In this document: one piece after another, positions 7,579-16,099 of the stretch
Layout of the letters: the number at the start of each line of letters is the position of its first letter
Position numbering within the stretch: position 1 is the stretch's first letter
IMG/VR virus record: IMGVR_UViG_3300032218_000439
Span: 1-31,903 of that record
Reading direction: 5' to 3' (one strand)
DNA: 31,903 bases
Source: a virus
Lineage: Duplodnaviria > Caudoviricetes
Notes under the pieces: model-generated
What the model saw: only the letters and a program-made list of their open reading frames with translations
Databases searched by the model: none
What the model was told of the DNA's origin: nothing
Program-made: the position numbers and the translations under genes

Positions 7579-9342
7579 TTATTCTTCGTCTATATAATCA
7601 AATGATTCGTTTGTATTTGTTTTTTTGGGGCGATTGATACTTACTTTGATAAACTCTTTGTCATCTTGTTTGGGTGACGGTTTGTCTTTATAATTCTGAA
7701 TATCTTGATATTGTTTGATGGCAGATTGTTTGGTTACTTCTTTAACTTCTTCTTCCGCCACACCTTGCTTGACACTTTCACTTTTGTATGTGGCTCCAGT
7801 GCATACCCAAGCAGGGCCTGTGTATCCTTGAGGGAACGCCTTCAAATGCTGAATGGTTCTGTGCCAACCTTCGATTAAATCATAGCCGTTGGACAATTTG
7901 GCAACAATAATTGGTTCTGCACTCACACCCTTTTGCTGTATCATTTGTGATTGCAATGCGTGTCTTTCAGCATCACGCGGTACTTGAAAAGGATTAGAAC
8001 TACCGCCTTCTCTACTGGCAAGCATACGCTGAGTCTTGGGTGTAAAGATATCAAAGGTTATGGGCAGTTTAGTCAGTGTCCATTTACAATCGCCAAAGTC
8101 TTGTTTGTTTCTTTTAAGAAAATCATCTAACTCTGCCTGGTCACGAATGCCCTTGGCTTGTGGATACAAGAAGTCTTTCAACACATAGTCAGGCCAAGTT
8201 GGAAAATGTCGCTTCACAAAGGCAAACAAACTGTCTCTAGCTTCCGTCAAGCCTTCCGCCACACCTTGATTATCTCTATTATCCCAGAACTTTTTTCCTT
8301 TTGGTTTTAGTGTTTTACTAGGAATAATTTTACCAACTAAATCTTCTGCATAGTCATATATTTTAGTAGCAATACCTTGACGACGGAATTGTGGATATAC
8401 GTGAACTATGTCACCCGTCCATGCCCCGTCTATTTTTTTAAATCTTGCGCCACCTACATCTGTTCCATCTGATGTAGCGTGTACATACAACATATCAGGA
8501 GACATACTATGTAATAATTTAATATCGCCGGCGTTAGAGCCTTCCGCCACACCTTGCTGGCTTTCTTTAAGAGCAACCTTCATCAATTTGACAAATTGAA
8601 TTTTCTTTTCTAATGATGCTTCTTTTAATAAAGGTTTTGCTTTGCGAACAATGTCAACTACACTCTCTTTCAGTGCTTTATCTTTGATTTGCTTTACTGC
8701 TTTTTGCTTTGGTTCTTTGACCTTTTTAGGTACGTTTAATCTGCTTTTTGCTCTGTTCATAAATTCTAATACCTCTGCGTCTGATAATGCATCGGGCATA
8801 GCTTCACGCCAGTATGCAAATTGTTCTTCTTCTGTTGCGTTAGGATTCATTAATATCTCACGCATTGGAGTTGCTCTTGGACCTGCTTCACTTTGTGCTG
8901 GGTCATTTACTTGCTGTCGTGAAATTATTTGTAAACTTTCTAAGCCATAGCTTTGATAAGGTACATTACCTGATTTGTCTGGTTTCATTAACCATTGAAA
9001 GGGTTGAACTTGGTCTTCGCCCAACACTAATAATACATTTTTGTATTGTTGACCAACAGACGTTAACACTGATGCTAATGTACTTCCTGCATGAAAAATA
9101 CCAGCATATTGCGGGAACACTTTTTTATATATGAATAGTTTTTCTTCTGGCGTTAATGGATCATCTTTACCCATTGTTTCTGAAACAAAAAAGAAAGGTG
9201 TTGCTTTTAATTCTTGTGCTTGAACTATAACTGCTTGCGCCAACAACATATGACCTTTGTGACCCATGCCACGTCCCCAACCTACCACAGCATCTGCTTG
9301 TGCTTGTTGCAACGCTTCAATGATATATTGTTTTAAACTCAT
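7579..9342 (-). CDS. Multidomain probable head-packaged protein: HIGH-type (cytidylyltransferase/NMNAT-like) NTase + GNAT + ParB/Srx-like domain
   Basis: GWGRGMGHKGH (HxGH), KDDPL, LVLGEDQ and RATPMR in the N-terminal part; VYPQFRRQGIATKIY (GNAT motif A); EPIIVAK..YDLIEGWHR (ParB/Srx). N-terminus MSLKQYIIE|A resembles a T4 capsid-targeting sequence. Confidence 0.75.
   Translation of the reverse strand: MSLKQYIIEALQQAQADAVVGWGRGMGHKGHMLLAQAVIVQAQELKATPFFFVSETMGKDDPLTPEEKLFIYKKVFPQYAGIFHAGSTLASVLTSVGQQYKNVLLVLGEDQVQPFQWLMKPDKSGNVPYQSYGLESLQIISRQQVNDPAQSEAGPRATPMREILMNPNATEEEQFAYWREAMPDALSDAEVLEFMNRAKSRLNVPKKVKEPKQKAVKQIKDKALKESVVDIVRKAKPLLKEASLEKKIQFVKLMKVALKESQQGVAEGSNAGDIKLLHSMSPDMLYVHATSDGTDVGGARFKKIDGAWTGDIVHVYPQFRRQGIATKIYDYAEDLVGKIIPSKTLKPKGKKFWDNRDNQGVAEGLTEARDSLFAFVKRHFPTWPDYVLKDFLYPQAKGIRDQAELDDFLKRNKQDFGDCKWTLTKLPITFDIFTPKTQRMLASREGGSSNPFQVPRDAERHALQSQMIQQKGVSAEPIIVAKLSNGYDLIEGWHRTIQHLKAFPQGYTGPAWVCTGATYKSESVKQGVAEEEVKEVTKQSAIKQYQDIQNYKDKPSPKQDDKEFIKVSINRPKKTNTNESFDYIDEE
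7752..8556 (-). repeat. Three identical in-frame 16-bp direct repeats CAAGGTGTGGCGGAAG (QGVAE)
   Basis: Plus-strand cttccgccacaccttg at 7752-7767, 8253-8268 and 8541-8556; spacings 501 and 288 bp. Confidence 0.95.
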
Positions 9343-10517
9343 ATCTTTTTTGGTGCCCAGTTTTGTTGGTCAATCAACTTTAAAAATTGACCGGGTAATG
9401 GATTGTCAAAGCTAATCTCAGGGTGTGCTTGTACATATCCTTCAGGATTAGTTTGCATAATGCCACCATGCAGTCCTAAACTTAATGATTTAATTAATTG
9501 CATCTTAGCATTAGTTAGTCCTTCAACTGCACCTAGTGTTGCTTCGTAACCTTTTTTATCTGCTAACATACCCTGTGCTTGACCTTCGCTTAGATTAGCT
9601 TGTGCCCATTGTGGAAAGTCTCTGACTAATCCTTGTGTTCTTAAATGACTATTAAGATATGTGTATAATATTCCACCTGGCTTGCTTAAGCCCTTTTTAG
9701 GTGCAAGATAATTGTCAATGATATTAGCGTTACTACTAATAAAATTACCAACTTTGTCAATGTAACTTGTATCAACACCGGGCATTTCTTCTACATAAGT
9801 AGTGCCCTGTACAATAGCATCGGGTGTAGATAAACTTTCTGCATTTGGATATCTACCTTCTTCTGTACTACCCAATTTATCATACCAGCCAGTGGCTGCT
9901 ACCATTAACTTTGCCTTTAACTGTTTAGGTGTACCGATTTGTTTACCTAAATTACTATTTACTGGAATATGAAACCCAGTGATGTTAGGTTTGAAGTCAA
10001 ATGTTTTTGTGTTTTTGTTATAAACAGGCATTGCACTTTGGCCGTCTGGTTTAGTACCGGGATAAAACAACAACCCACCTTCTAAGAATCCTTTTTGTGG
10101 ACTAATCTTTTCAAAGTAAGGCCACATCTGTGCAAACTGTTTTGCAAACTGAACTCTACTTTCATCGTTTGGATCAGCATTTCCTGTACCCATAACAAAA
10201 GCATATATATCATTTGCATTATTCATTAATGTAGGTGCCCCACTACTTGTTTGTGTCTTACCTGACTTCAAGTATGCCCATGCATTCTTTGGAATCATTC
10301 TAAAGACACCTCTTTCGTCACGGCCCCAGTATACGACAGGCATGCCGTCCCATTTTAATTCAATTGAATCATAATTATCAACCATGTGACTCATACGTTC
10401 AACTGCATGTAATCCACCACTACTACCATTTGAAATGACGAGGTCTTCTATGTGTTGGTACTTACGTCCAACACCGGGAGCTGCCGCTTCAAATAATAAT
10501 ACGTCTGATAATTTCAT
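9339..10517 (-). CDS. ATP-dependent ligase-like covalent nucleotidyltransferase (DUF6267-like phage protein)
   Basis: Motif I ELKWDG, motif III-like FLEGGLLF, motif IV PEGYV, motif V FLKL; N-terminal MKLSDVLLFE|A. DUF assignment is from recall. Confidence 0.65.
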   Translation of the reverse strand: MKLSDVLLFEAAAPGVGRKYQHIEDLVISNGSSGGLHAVERMSHMVDNYDSIELKWDGMPVVYWGRDERGVFRMIPKNAWAYLKSGKTQTSSGAPTLMNNANDIYAFVMGTGNADPNDESRVQFAKQFAQMWPYFEKISPQKGFLEGGLLFYPGTKPDGQSAMPVYNKNTKTFDFKPNITGFHIPVNSNLGKQIGTPKQLKAKLMVAATGWYDKLGSTEEGRYPNAESLSTPDAIVQGTTYVEEMPGVDTSYIDKVGNFISSNANIIDNYLAPKKGLSKPGGILYTYLNSHLRTQGLVRDFPQWAQANLSEGQAQGMLADKKGYEATLGAVEGLTNAKMQLIKSLSLGLHGGIMQTNPEGYVQAHPEISFDNPLPGQFLKLIDQQNWAPKKI

Positions 10518-11362
10518 TTTCTGTGTTTTTGTACAAACTGTTCGGCTAGCATTACTAATTCTTGTAATTCTTCTATACTCTCACAATTCCATCTGCGTAG
10601 TGCTAATGCTTTGGGAGTCGGTTTACCGTTAGGTTTTTTCATAGGACCCTTGTTACCGCTCATTCTAGCACAGAAACTTTTACGGCGTTTGGCAGCTTTA
10701 CTTCCTGGTTTTAGTTTACTTGGTTTAGTAGTAACTGCTGTTTGTAATTTGCTGCCTGGATTTTCTCTGCGATATGCTTTTACAGCTTTGCGGCTCATTC
10801 CTGAAGTCTTGTCACGATGATTAACCTTATTCCAGTCTTCTGTCACGCCTTCATCTGTTCCTTTTCTTGAGTCTGGCATATTCATCTGACGATAATCATC
10901 TGGCCAATCAAAAACAATTTCTTCATAGCATTTGTAAACCTTAAGTAATTCTGCCGCCTCAGGATCGTGTTTTGCCGCGTCTATTAGAGTTTCTCCTACA
11001 TCACGTTCATCCCACGCATCTCTATAGTCTTTTGGTCCAAACTCATCCCACGGATCAACATTATCACCAAACCATACTAAAGCATCGTTTACATTTGTAT
11101 ATCCATTTCTTCGAGCCCATTGAGCAAAATGCTCATGGTATGGTTTTCTGTTTTTTCGAGCCCATTGTATCAATTCAGGAATGCTTGTTGGTATCATTTC
11201 TTTGTCAGGGTATTTTGGCTCAGCAGTCATTCTGCTCATCATTGTGTCAAACTTTTGATCGCCTGTTGCCTCCGACATGTTTTTTTTCTTTTTCTTAGCA
11301 ATAGCTATAGCTGCCTGTTGTTTAGGGTTGGCTGCTTCAGTTATAATCTCAGTTATTTTCAT
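10514..11362 (-). CDS. Probable internal head protein with basic C-terminal RRKSFCARM domain (DUF6321-like)
   Basis: N-terminal MKITEIITE|A; C-terminal K/R-rich AKRRKSFCARMSG...ALRRWNC module recalled from T4-like aquatic phages; ATGA overlaps on both sides. Confidence 0.6.
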   Translation of the reverse strand: MKITEIITEAANPKQQAAIAIAKKKKKNMSEATGDQKFDTMMSRMTAEPKYPDKEMIPTSIPELIQWARKNRKPYHEHFAQWARRNGYTNVNDALVWFGDNVDPWDEFGPKDYRDAWDERDVGETLIDAAKHDPEAAELLKVYKCYEEIVFDWPDDYRQMNMPDSRKGTDEGVTEDWNKVNHRDKTSGMSRKAVKAYRRENPGSKLQTAVTTKPSKLKPGSKAAKRRKSFCARMSGNKGPMKKPNGKPTPKALALRRWNCESIEELQELVMLAEQFVQKHRK

Positions 11363-12120
11363 TTTAATATCTCCAACATATTACGAAACCATTCATTTAC
11401 GTTTGGTGTAGCTTGTTGCCAACTACGTCCAGCACGTGCTGAATTCATAATTTCTTCTTTGCGTTTAGGATCAGGTATCTTTGCCATCATAGATTCTACA
11501 CTTCCTAAATCAGCACCTTTTGCACCTCTACCTAATAGATATTGTGCAATAGTATCCCAATCATCACTTAATAATTCGGCTTTTTTACCAGCCGCATCAC
11601 GCTTATACAATCCTTCATCAGGACTCCATAGCATACCCTGTGTACTAGCAAGTGCATTCATAACTAGTTGTTTGTTCACACCCTTATAAGGACTACCTTT
11701 TGGTATATCATGTCTATGATATACTGCAACTTTGTGAGCATTTTTTACAACTTTAATGTCAACTTGATAGAACTTATTATCCATTGGGATTTTAGAATGT
11801 ACAGTTACACCTGCTAATCTTGTTTCAATGTTTTGTTTATTTAAAAAATCTGCCAATGCTCTGCGTGTGTCTGATGCATCTTTTGTTTGAAATTGTTGCA
11901 TTAAAGTAGACAATTCTACCATTGAATCTAAATCATTTGATGGGACAACTTCGCCGTTTGCATTGTAGCGAGGTTTCCAGCAAGAACCAATTACTTCTAC
12001 TGTAACTCCCAATGGTGATAGATATTGTTGCGTTGTATCAGACAGTGGCTTTCCAACAACAGACGGGTCAAAGTTAGTCTCAACGTCTGGCCAAATGTTT
12101 CCACCTTCTAATAAAATCAT
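11359..12120 (-). CDS. Pol-beta-superfamily nucleotidyltransferase, probable head protein
   Basis: VIGS...SNDLD plus third Asp in YQVDIK; starts MILLE|GGN. Confidence 0.65.
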   Translation of the reverse strand: MILLEGGNIWPDVETNFDPSVVGKPLSDTTQQYLSPLGVTVEVIGSCWKPRYNANGEVVPSNDLDSMVELSTLMQQFQTKDASDTRRALADFLNKQNIETRLAGVTVHSKIPMDNKFYQVDIKVVKNAHKVAVYHRHDIPKGSPYKGVNKQLVMNALASTQGMLWSPDEGLYKRDAAGKKAELLSDDWDTIAQYLLGRGAKGADLGSVESMMAKIPDPKRKEEIMNSARAGRSWQQATPNVNEWFRNMLEILK

Positions 12121-12121
12121 T

Positions 12122-12460
12122 TTAGTAACTTACCTTAATACTTTGAATTGTTCCTTGACTGAACATATTTATTTGCGCTCTCATCCAAACAAAGTTGCCT
12201 TGAATATTAGTATAATTGATTTGTGTTAGATTATTTGCTTGGATAGTATGTACAGTGAACCAATCACTTCCTATTGGATTCTCAACTAATGTAGCTTGGA
12301 TAAGAATCTTACCACTTACACCAACTAGATTCCATAACAATGTTTGTGTATCTCTGTTGCCCAAATGATAATTGGCTGCTGGTTTTCTGTCGCCCGTAAC
12401 AGTTGATATATTGTTATACGGAGTCTGTGGTAACAGAATCTGAGTGGTAATTTGGCTCAT
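12122..12460 (-). CDS. Small beta-rich putative virion structural protein
   Basis: 112 aa, TAATG-coupled to the upstream gene in a late operon; IQATL..P...DWF and GNFVWMRA pattern. Confidence 0.6.
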   Translation of the reverse strand: MSQITTQILLPQTPYNNISTVTGDRKPAANYHLGNRDTQTLLWNLVGVSGKILIQATLVENPIGSDWFTVHTIQANNLTQINYTNIQGNFVWMRAQINMFSQGTIQSIKVSY

Positions 12461-12885
12461 TATGCTACCTCAGTAACTGTTCCAACACCCGCAACAAAAG
12501 CCACGTCGCCAGTCGCAGTTGAGGTAAATGTAACTGCTGAATTACTGCAGGTAACCACCATTGCTGTTCCGTTATATCCCGCTGGGGTAACATTAGTAAC
12601 TAATATATTTTGTCCGGGTAAGAACGGAGCATCTGATTGTGTATCAAAACTTAAAGTAGCTATATCTCCGGTGCCGGCTACATTAGTTATTGCAACTGAA
12701 TTGCCAATAATAGTAACATTGGCTATACTTGCAACATCTACGATAGTATCTGCCCCAAATAACCCTTCAATGATTCCTGAAAGTGAAGTTTTTATTTCGC
12801 TAGAAGAAGCGAATTGAGGTGAACCCCCGTCAGCAATAATTTTAGTGAATTTTAATGTGACAATTTCTTGTGTGATTTGAGCCAT
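12460..12885 (-). CDS. Putative structural protein: paralog of the 55-aa neighbour plus C-terminal beta-rich domain
   Basis: GGAG SD and late promoter upstream; first ~53 aa align with the 12921-13088 product. Confidence 0.7.
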   Translation of the reverse strand: MAQITQEIVTLKFTKIIADGGSPQFASSSEIKTSLSGIIEGLFGADTIVDVASIANVTIIGNSVAITNVAGTGDIATLSFDTQSDAPFLPGQNILVTNVTPAGYNGTAMVVTCSNSAVTFTSTATGDVAFVAGVGTVTEVA

Positions 12886-12912
12886 GATATGTAATACTCC
12901 GTTTTTATAAAA

Positions 12913-12919
12913 TATTTAT
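12913..12919 (-). promoter_or_regulatory. Late promoter (G)ATAAATA heading the 12885-7579 operon
   Basis: Intergenic GATAAATA followed by GGAG SD. Confidence 0.75.
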
Positions 12920-12920
12920 C

Positions 12921-13088
12921 TTAGGCTTTTACGACTTCAACGACTACAGAGTCGCCTACTAACTCTTGGGCGACTTGTTCTAATGCTTGTTGAATGTCAG
13001 CACTGGCAATAGTAGAAACATCTGATTCGCTGTCCTTGACTATTTTGCTGAGGGTGATGACTATGTTTTCTGTGACAATCTTTGCCAT
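12921..13088 (-). CDS. 55-aa hypothetical late protein
   Basis: Start revised to the ATG at 13088 (MAKIVTENIV...), because the GGAG SD lies at 13098-13101, within the track's longer TTG-start version. Confidence 0.75.
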   Translation of the reverse strand: MAKIVTENIVITLSKIVKDSESDVSTIASADIQQALEQVAQELVGDSVVVEVVKA

Positions 13089-13112
13089 GGTTAAATACTC
13101 CAATTAATAGAG

Positions 13113-13119
13113 TATTTAT
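13113..13119 (-). promoter_or_regulatory. Late promoter (G)ATAAATA
   Basis: Intergenic, same context as 12913-12919. Confidence 0.75.
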
Positions 13120-13121
13120 CT

Positions 13122-13826
13122 TTACTCCTGGCGCTTCTCTAGTTTGAATCTGCGCTTAATCATATCACCAAACATCAAAGAAAGTAAAGAATTGGTACTT
13201 TCATCGTCATATTCTATATAATAATGTGCTGAACAATAGTTTATATGCCAGGATTTATAGTGCCCTTTTAGCCAGTGACGTAATGCATCGCTAGGAACTA
13301 TAACTGTTTTAGTATTCTTATATCTGTTTATGAACTCAGACAATTCGTCTTTAAAAGTATCCTTGACCCGCTTACTTTTCAGATAAGCACGATATTTGTG
13401 CTTGGGTTCTTTTACAAAAGTTTTAATACCTGTGGGAGCAATATCAATTATCTCAGTGAAATTGACATGTTCAGGACCTGCAACATTGCGTAGTGTATGC
13501 AACAATGCTAAATCGTTGCTAAAAATACCCGCTGTGCTACCCTCAATTCGCATTGAACAAGTCTTGGACTTTATATGTTTATTCTTCCAATCAATGAAAG
13601 TCTCAATGTCATCTAAATCAATTGCTTGAATACGACTAGAATCATAATATCTTCGGTTAACTTCTAATCTTCTTAGATAGTCCAACATAGTATCAATGCC
13701 ATGCATGTATGCTAATCCGGGGATACTAAATCTAGCACGGTATCTGTACTTGCCGTAGTACAATACGTCCCGATAATCTATTGTATCTATTTCTGGTAAC
13801 TTAGTTGACGACATTAATGAATCCAT
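13122..13826 (-). CDS. Hypothetical protein
   Basis: 234-aa ORF overlapping the clpA stop; start may be 13814. No family recognised. Confidence 0.7.
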   Translation of the reverse strand: MDSLMSSTKLPEIDTIDYRDVLYYGKYRYRARFSIPGLAYMHGIDTMLDYLRRLEVNRRYYDSSRIQAIDLDDIETFIDWKNKHIKSKTCSMRIEGSTAGIFSNDLALLHTLRNVAGPEHVNFTEIIDIAPTGIKTFVKEPKHKYRAYLKSKRVKDTFKDELSEFINRYKNTKTVIVPSDALRHWLKGHYKSWHINYCSAHYYIEYDDESTNSLLSLMFGDMIKRRFKLEKRQE

Positions 13827-16077
13827 TACTATCTACCTCTACATTAATTTTCTGTGCTACATCAAACACAATTTTATCATCTACTAAGTTTGCTGTAACT
13901 GTGCTATTCTTAATCTTCTCAAACAAAATCTTCTTGCTCAATGGTACACGAATCAATTCATCAATCTTACGACTTAGTGGACGTGCGCCCATTTTATTAT
14001 CATATCCATGTTCTGCTAGATACTCAACTACTGGTTCGCTTAAGTTAAGAGTAATGTCATGTACGTTTTTAAGACTTTTCTTCAATTCGTCTGTAAACTT
14101 GATAACAATTTTCTTTATAGCCAATGTGTCTAGTTTGTTGAACTTACAAACCATGTCAATACGATTTCTAAATTCAGGCTTAAAGAACTCTTTCAATGCT
14201 TTATCATCTTCACCTGACTTTTCCTGTGATCCAAAACCAATAACGTTGCGTTCACTATCACTACTGCCCAAGTTACTGGTCATGATAATGATACAGTTTT
14301 TAGCATTGACTTCTTTGCCATTACTACCTGTAACTCGACCTTCATCAAGCAATTGCAAGAATACGTCAAAGACTTCTGGGTGAGCCTTTTCAACTTCATC
14401 AAACAATAATATTGAATATGGATTCTTACTTAAGTCATTGATAAGCTTACCGCCACCTAATTCACCTTCACCAAAGCCAACATATCCTGGGGGCGCACCG
14501 ATGAACTTAGCAATAGCATGTTTCTCGCTGAACTCACTCATGTCATATTTCAACAATGTCATATCTAAGTTTTTACTTAACAATTTAGCTAACTCAGTTT
14601 TACCTGTACCAGTTGGGCCTAAGAACAAGAAGCTACATGTTGGTTTAGTTTCATTACCAATACCCGCAAATGATACATAAACACGCTCAAGTACTTTATC
14701 AACTGTTTCATCTTGACCATATAGTTTGTCTTTGATGTTAGATTCAAGGTTCTTGATGCGGTCATCAGTGACATCACTCATTTTGTCAGCAGGTACACCT
14801 GTATACCGTTCAACTTGTTCGTGTATCAACTCTTTAGTGATTATTGCACCCACGTTTTCAAGCACACGTTGTTTAGCACACGCCGCATCCAACAAGTCAA
14901 TTGATTTGTCTGGATTCTTGCGGTCGTGAATATAGCGAATAGCACATTCTACGCTTGTATTGATTGCTTCGTCACTAATCTCTACACTATGAAAGTCATT
15001 CAATCGCATACTTAAACCTTTAAGAATACGAACTGTGCTTTCTTGACTTGGTTCATCAATAGATACACGATAGAACCGTCGCATCAATGCACGATCCTTT
15101 TCAAATGATTCGTAGAATTCTTCCCATGTTGTGCTTGCAATTACTTTCAATGTGCCCTTAGTAATTGCTGGCTTAATCATGTTAGCAAAGTCAACACCAC
15201 CGCCACTAGCGTTACCTGAACCCTTCATGGTATGTGCTTCGTCAATGAATAGAATAGCTTTGCGTTTAGTATTCAATGCTTGTAGGATGTTTTTAATCTT
15301 TTCTTCAAAGTCACCGCGGTATTTACTACCCGCAAGTAAGTTAGCAACTTCAAGCGAATACAATTCATGATCCTTTAAGAATTCCGGAACAACTTCATCT
15401 ACAATTTGTTGCGCTAGACCTTCAGCAATAGCAGTCTTACCAACACCAGGATCACCAACCATCAACACGTTTGACTTGAATCGTTTAGCTAATACATTGA
15501 CGATATCATCAACTTCTTTACTACGACCAATCATTGGCTCAAGCTTACCGTCTTTAGCTAACTGTGTTAAGTTAGTTGTATATTCTTCTAGTATTTCATC
15601 TGCTTGAGTATCACTTAATGCGGAAGTATAATTACCACCTTTGTAATGTTTCTGCCAAAAGGGTACAAACTCGTTCTTAACAATACCATACTTTAATAAG
15701 AAATAATGTGCATGACTGTTTGTCTCTGCACTGATACTTAAATACAAATCAATAGTTGTAATTGATTTACGACCAGTGAAAAGAACTTGTGTTACACCAC
15801 GATTGATAGTGCGTTCTAAACTGTTAGTTTTTCTGGGTTGAACTTCTTCACCTGGACTAACATTAACTTGAATAGCACGTAAACTATCCAAATATATAGA
15901 AATCTCTTTGGTTAAATTAGTTGTGTCTGCACCAAATTGATCCAGACACTTTTTGAATGGAGGATGATTTACCAACGCTAACAATAAATGCTCTACTGTG
16001 CAATACTGATGCTTGCGTTGTTTAGCAAATTCAATAGCCTGTTCGATAATTGCTTCTATTTCTACTGAACTATGCAT
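13801..16077 (-). CDS. clpA: ClpA-like ATP-dependent Clp protease ATPase subunit
   Basis: Clp N-domain (EHLLLAL), two AAA+ modules (GDPGVGKT/FIDEAH; GPTGTGKT/LFDEVEKAH), IGF ClpP-docking loop, GARPL, no ClpB middle domain. Confidence 0.92.
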   Translation of the reverse strand: MHSSVEIEAIIEQAIEFAKQRKHQYCTVEHLLLALVNHPPFKKCLDQFGADTTNLTKEISIYLDSLRAIQVNVSPGEEVQPRKTNSLERTINRGVTQVLFTGRKSITTIDLYLSISAETNSHAHYFLLKYGIVKNEFVPFWQKHYKGGNYTSALSDTQADEILEEYTTNLTQLAKDGKLEPMIGRSKEVDDIVNVLAKRFKSNVLMVGDPGVGKTAIAEGLAQQIVDEVVPEFLKDHELYSLEVANLLAGSKYRGDFEEKIKNILQALNTKRKAILFIDEAHTMKGSGNASGGGVDFANMIKPAITKGTLKVIASTTWEEFYESFEKDRALMRRFYRVSIDEPSQESTVRILKGLSMRLNDFHSVEISDEAINTSVECAIRYIHDRKNPDKSIDLLDAACAKQRVLENVGAIITKELIHEQVERYTGVPADKMSDVTDDRIKNLESNIKDKLYGQDETVDKVLERVYVSFAGIGNETKPTCSFLFLGPTGTGKTELAKLLSKNLDMTLLKYDMSEFSEKHAIAKFIGAPPGYVGFGEGELGGGKLINDLSKNPYSILLFDEVEKAHPEVFDVFLQLLDEGRVTGSNGKEVNAKNCIIIMTSNLGSSDSERNVIGFGSQEKSGEDDKALKEFFKPEFRNRIDMVCKFNKLDTLAIKKIVIKFTDELKKSLKNVHDITLNLSEPVVEYLAEHGYDNKMGARPLSRKIDELIRVPLSKKILFEKIKNSTVTANLVDDKIVFDVAQKINVEVDSNGFINVVN

Positions 16078-16099
16078 ATTTGTTTCCTTAAAATCTTAT

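Noticed and set aside
7752-8556. QGVAE repeats as a CRISPR array
   Set aside because: The repeat is only 16 bp, spacers are 272 and 485 bp and protein-coding in frame, and there are no cas genes.
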